DNA of 54,016 nt, the filler included, from Sphacelaria rigidula (Eukaryota), in assembly GCA_964200075.2 (NCBI GenBank). It is 4 parts of 4 records of this genome, joined end to end, with 100 filler letters (N's around TTAATTAATTAA, not from the genome) between each part and the next. Parts side by side here need not be neighbours in the genome. Positions count along the whole stretch, not along the records: positions 40,595 to 54,016 come from CAXNAA020002891.1; 3 more parts are not named here. One strand, written 5' to 3'. The stretch's first letter is position 1; every line of letters begins with the position of its first letter. Shown here piece after piece: positions 49,901-54,016 of this stretch. The translations under genes were made by a program, and so were the position numbers. The notes under the pieces were generated by a model, which was not told the origin of the DNA, did no database searches, and saw only the letters and a program-made list of their open reading frames with translations.

Positions 49901-52900
49901 AAAATATTTATTATGCTGGTTTTACAGAACACCTGCCCTCGCGGTTAAAGGGTCAATCATTTTGACGGCGAGGTTAGGTCATCTGTTGAATCGGCTCCGC
50001 TTCCACTTGAAAAAAATATACATGACCAGATGGACTCGTACCCTCGCGGCCAAGCGGTCAAAAGCAAGAAGTTGGTCGATTATTAAAGACACCGACCGCA
50101 TCTTAATCATGATTGAAAACGTTCGACCATGCGGATGAGGATTTGTGTTGAGCTCTTTTTCCACCGCGAAAAGCGAGGTAGAAAACCACAACCTGATGAT
50201 ATGTCACGCCGTCCTTTCAAACAAGAATGTAACATCATGAGCGACACCGGGTTTGCGAGCGGCGCGCTAGGCACATGACGTGAGTGGGCTGTGAGCATTT
50301 GTTCCCGGGATGAGCTACCGGTCGTAGCTCATCCTATCATGTTTTTCCTGAGTGCGCTATAAGAGCTGCATTAGCTACACATGTTTGCTGCCTTTAGTGA
50401 GCTATCGAGTGTAGCTCATCCACTCATGTTTATCCTGGGTCAGCTATGAGAGCTGCGTGAGCTACGCATGTTTCCTTGGGTCAGCTATAAAGCCACATGA
50501 GCTACGAATGTTTGCCCCAGGTGAGCTACCAAGCCGTAGCTCATCAGCTCATATTCGGCCTGGGTGAGCTATGAGAGCTACATGAGCTACAGATGTTTGA
50601 CTACAAGTGAGCCACATCTCGCAGATGAGCTAGCTCATGATCTGTCCGACTTGTGCACTTTCATGAACCCTGGCACTGTGGTGATACCGTCTGTTTCTGT
50701 ACATTCCCTACTATCGTCATTATCCATGCTGACGGGTAACCACCCCACAAAATAGAGGTATGCCCCCTCCCCCCCGTCAGCCTCACCCATGTAAACTTTT
50801 TAACAACTTGGGGAGGGGGGGGGGCGTACTCATTTGATGCTTGCCTTGTTCGTTTGACCATTGACTTGGGGAGGGAGGGGAGTGATTTGCAGCCTGCAGT
50901 TGGTGGGTGGGTGGGTGGTACATATCAAACTACACGGCATCCCAATGGCTGGTATAAGCCCAAATATGCCAAGGGGATAATCTTGCGAGGGTCGGACGAA
51001 GAACGATTCATCTCAGAAGGGTGTACTTGCTGTGTCATTGATTCGAACCGCATGAATCAACCCTTGGGCTTTGTTTTCAGCTTCGCACCCCAGGCACGCG
51101 CCCCCAGGCACGTTGAACAGCTGAAAATTTACTTGAAGATTTTTGTACTCGCGGTCAACTTTTTTTTTTGTCTCTCTTCCCAGCCAGCAATCAGACCCCA
51201 GAAGTTGTAGATTTGGTGATTCGAGACAGCGATGATTCGTCCGGCCCTTTTAATCTTGATTTTGGCAGTTAGGCTGCCAGACGCTATCAGACTACTGAAA
51301 ACTAAGTTGGTTTGCGCGTTGAAAGTATGTTACTGGACTCGAAGCAAGAATGGACACCATGCAATGGTTTCATTGAGACTTTTCACTGGAAAAGGCACAT
51401 CGCGGTAAAAAAGGGGGAACGGAACTACCCCGTCGTCTTCAGGGGGCGCACTTCCCGTTCCGACATGCGCTCATTTACTCCGTCCCGTCCCGTCATCATT
51501 TGACAACGATATATTTTTTTATCCCGTCCCATCGTTTTTTGCAAGGAACGGAAAAAGTTATCGTTTTGTCCCGACTCGGTCGTATTTTATCGTTGTCCGG
51601 TTCCCGTCCCGTCCTCATGAGACGTCCCGTCAGTAGAAGCGGAAATCCCGTCCAATCTCACGGGATATCAATGATACCGTGCGATGTATACGGGTCTTTC
51701 CCCGATGTGAGTCATGTATCGTATAAAATAAAATAAAAAGTGAAAATCTACGATGCTTTTTGTTCGCTGAGGCGTAAAGGCATCCCTTGCACATATTTCC
51801 CGTGACGACGGGGTGGGACGGGACGGGAATCTCGAGGGACGACTTTTACTCCTCCCCGTGACAGTGAGACGGGATGGTAATTCCCTGTTCCTTCCGGTCA
51901 TGTTGAAGGGGTGTACCATCCGTCCCGTTCCATCATTTTTTCATTCGATGGGAACTTTCCCGTCCTTTTTCCCGTGAAAAGCGCCTGTCTTCGAGATGAT
52001 GACACGAGTTGATTGCGAGCAGTCAGACGAAAAAAACATTCGCAACCTGTTTGGAACCTTCCCCTCCCATCTCCGGGCCAGCCGCCTCATTACTCACAGA
52101 CGCCTGAGGTCGAGGAAGAAGTACGAAGAAGGTGTCTGCAATCATATGAGACACGCATCCAAAGCAGGCACCCAGCTGAAGTCGTGTCAGTTTCGCCCGG
52201 CCGTAGCACACGTCGGGTGGGGAGTGTGTCCGATTGTAAAGATTGAATTCAGATATCGTCAGTTACTGTACGAAGCCCCCGTTGTTCAAACTTTTGCTTC
52301 AAATGGTTCCAGTCCCCCTCGTACAGAAAAGCACGTCACGGATGTGCATGCCACTTGTTAGCACGGTCCCCTGAGACCCCTTTTTTTTTTTTCCGTCACA
52401 CTTTTATTTTAACCCGTCCTCTTCCTCGGGACAAGCGGATCCGTGGTGTCAAGGGATCAACCCGTCTCTCCCCCGTTACACGCCTTGCGTTTTGGTCTCG
52501 TGTATTAGATCATGACCAGCACTCCCGCACAGCGACAACTCTCGTTGAACGCACTCGATCGAACATGTTTTTTTTCCCGACGCATGTCCTCGTGCTTTCA
52601 ATGGCAGTAAATCCCGCGTTTATATGTCACACCATAACTTATCAAATTTGCCAAATCAGCCCGACTTGAGTATATCGGTCTGACCTGCAGACCAACCTGG
52701 TAACGCACGGCACCGCCACTGAATGAAGGAACAAATGAATAAAAAATGTACTGCATAATGTAATGCCTTACCGACGGAACAATAAAAGAAGGAATCCGTC
52801 GGCATTCGAATTCGTGACTTCCATAACTGGAGTCCACTGTATCACTTGGATTAAAGGGGCGCAGTGGTGTCACATATAAGGTGCCCTGCTGCGCCCAACT

Positions 52901-53461
52901 TGAGGTCATTTTCGCCGAAATTCCACCACGATGTCCTGCACACAAGTACGCACAACCGGAACGAGACGGGACGGGAGTTGTTTTCCCGTGCGGGCAGAAT
53001 GGGACGGGACCTTCACGGGACGATATCCAGATTGTCGGATCCCGTCTCGACATCTTTCCATTTTGCTTGTCCCTCGTTATATTTTTACGAGCTACGGGGA
53101 AAGTTCCCGTCCGGTTCACGGGTGAAAATTCTCGGAGTTTTTTTTTCGATCCCCTATCGGAATGAAATTCGCAAATTCTGCTCACGACAGTTGTATTAAA
53201 TATCCAATCGTTTTTTTTTTTCCCCCAACCGATTCTCTTGTGCTTGCTGTCCTGTACCACTGCTCCCCCCGCGTGCTTCGTTTTTTTTCAAACCGATTCG
53301 ATCCGCGGTAAATTCATGCATTCGCAGAGGCTGGGGACGTACGTGAAGCAGCGTCGGCACAACCTTCCCCCCCAGCCAAAAATGAGTTTCCGCTTGAGCC
53401 GCCACCTCTGCCGGGGCCAGGAGCGACATACAAGATGTTTGGGATGCCGTATAGTGCGGAG
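46993..53461 (+). CDS. MED7: Mediator of RNA polymerase II transcription subunit 7, first two exons (partial)
   Basis: Exon 1 46993-47083 MAAEEGRVVTALPPPPAYYKLFTPKATVDK; exon 2 53328-53461 ...FPLEPPPLPGPGATYKMFGMPYSAE. These match the Med7 N-terminal PPPPxYYKLF and PPxP...YxxFG..Y motifs. Phase-1 join via AG|GCGAGT...ttcgcag|. Confidence 0.85.
47197..47445. mobile_element. Probable degenerate hAT-type MITE
   Basis: Ends CGAGG / CCTCG; partial 8-bp TSD gtatcata/aaatcatc; internal (A)CCCGG/GGGTA motifs. Confidence 0.35.
47900..48592 (+). mobile_element. Head-to-tail oligo-C-ended repeats (3' fragment 47900-48043 plus full copy 48075-48592)
   Basis: Both end in AGTACA plus a C-run. The full copy starts GGGGTTGGCGTCCGTTGG. 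Confidence 0.8.
49052..50655. mobile_element. 1.6-kb non-autonomous hAT-type element filled with TGAGCTAC/GTAGCTCA tandem arrays
   Basis: 18-bp TIRs CACACGTCGGACAGATCA / TGATCTGTCCGACTTGTG (17/18); decayed 8-bp TSD cactattg/cactttca; arrays at ~49070-49510 and ~50309-50640. Confidence 0.75.
49848..50057. mobile_element. Two tandem piggyBac-like ~100-bp MITEs nested in the hAT element
   Basis: TGAA-CACTTTGACCGCG...CGCGGTTAAAGGG-TCAA-T-CATTTTGACGGCG...CGCGGCCAAGCGG-TCAA; interiors align with the reverse complement of 32312-32413. Confidence 0.65.
50811..50866 (-). mobile_element. Short 3'-end fragment of the oligo-C-ended repeat
   Basis: Reverse complement ends ...CAAATGAGTACG followed by a C-run. 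Confidence 0.6.
50986..51250 (+). mobile_element. hAT-type MITE (~260 bp), copy 3
   Basis: Ends CGAGGGTCGGACGAA / TTCGTCCGGCCCTTT; perfect 8-bp TSD TAATCTTG at 50978-50985 and 51251-51258. Confidence 0.88.
51375..51987. mobile_element. TIR element with repeated CCGTC/GACGG motifs
   Basis: Left end CTTTTCACTGGAAAAGG; right end CCTTTTTCCCGTGAAAAG; many CCCGTCCCGT and GGGACGGGAC motifs. A further fragment lies at ~52960-53160. Confidence 0.6.
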
Positions 53462-53887
53462 GTGTGTGTGTGTGTGTGTGTGTATTGCTTGCCACAGACT
53501 TGATGAACAGTGAGCGTGTGTACAACACAGCCAGGGAGACCCGACGTTGTACTGATGGGAATGTACGTTTTGTAAGTTGACACTCTCGAGCGAGAAGTAC
53601 TTGTGTGGGGCTATTTAGTTGGATTGTTGAGTGTTTCGACCGCGGAGCAGAGGCCATGGATGCCTGTCTACCACTTTTGTTGGTTGATTGTTGTCCCCGA
53701 CTGCTCGTGCGCAGTAAAGATTCCAAAGCCTCCGTGTGTCGAAAGGGTTGGCCCATTTTTTGGTAAAATCGGCCCGCAATTTTCGTTTGCTAGTTCATTT
53801 TTAGCACCCCCTTTGTGTCTTGATTGTTTCATATGATGCACAAGTGCTCATACTGTAAACATCCCAAACCCTCTGTGGTCGAAGGGT

Positions 53888-54016
53888 TGGTTCGAATCAC
53901 CAAATCCACGATTTCTTCGGCCTCATAGCCCAAAAGGAAGAAAAACGTTGACCGCTGGTCCATGGGGTATCCACGCAACTTGTGCGCCATTCCACGTGTC
54001 TGGGCTGAGTGTACCT
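53888..54016 (-). mobile_element. hAT-type MITE copy 4, truncated
   Basis: Near-identical to 23108-23236; runs off the window end. Confidence 0.85.

Noticed and set aside
49812..50138. 108-aa ORF as cargo gene or transposase
   Set aside because: Mostly made of two ~100-bp MITEs; no ATG start and no motifs.
49070..50640. CRISPR-like array
   Set aside because: Units are degenerate tandem repeats with no unique spacers, there are no cas genes, and TIRs bound the array.
1..54016. tRNA, rRNA, Fanzor/TnpB or intact transposase genes
   Set aside because: No cloverleaf with A and B boxes, no rRNA signature and no RuvC or long DDE ORF recognised by eye; a covariance and HMM scan would be needed to exclude them fully.

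Overview
Eukaryotic, intron-rich, repeat-rich DNA, most likely from a brown alga (Phaeophyceae; inferred from intron style, repeat families and TTAGGG-type repeats). The window is not one locus. It is four blocks of 13434, 13430, 13430 and 13422 bp joined by identical 100-bp spacers (44 N + TTAATTAATTAA + 44 N), which looks like size-sorted unplaced contigs. Block 1 (1-13434) holds decayed retroelements: a degenerate Ty3/Gypsy element interrupted by an inverted related gag/LTR piece, a Penelope-like remnant, an integrase fragment with LTR, and ankyrin-like and possible EsV-1-7-like remnants. Block 2 has a 5-exon gene for a ~610-aa Q/A/P-rich unknown protein. Block 3 has part of a multi-exon unknown gene, an RTE LINE, a second Gypsy element and an inverted pair of telomere-repeat-bearing elements. 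Block 4 has a partial Qc-SNARE (syntaxin-6/SYP6-like) gene and the first two exons of Mediator subunit MED7, separated by a 6.2-kb putative GC-AG intron packed with non-autonomous elements. I found no convincing novel enzymatic or defence system. The most unusual signals are non-coding mobile elements: a hAT-type element filled with TGAGCTAC/GTAGCTCA arrays, a ~500-bp repeat ending in oligo-C tracts, and the (CCCTAA)n hairpin elements.
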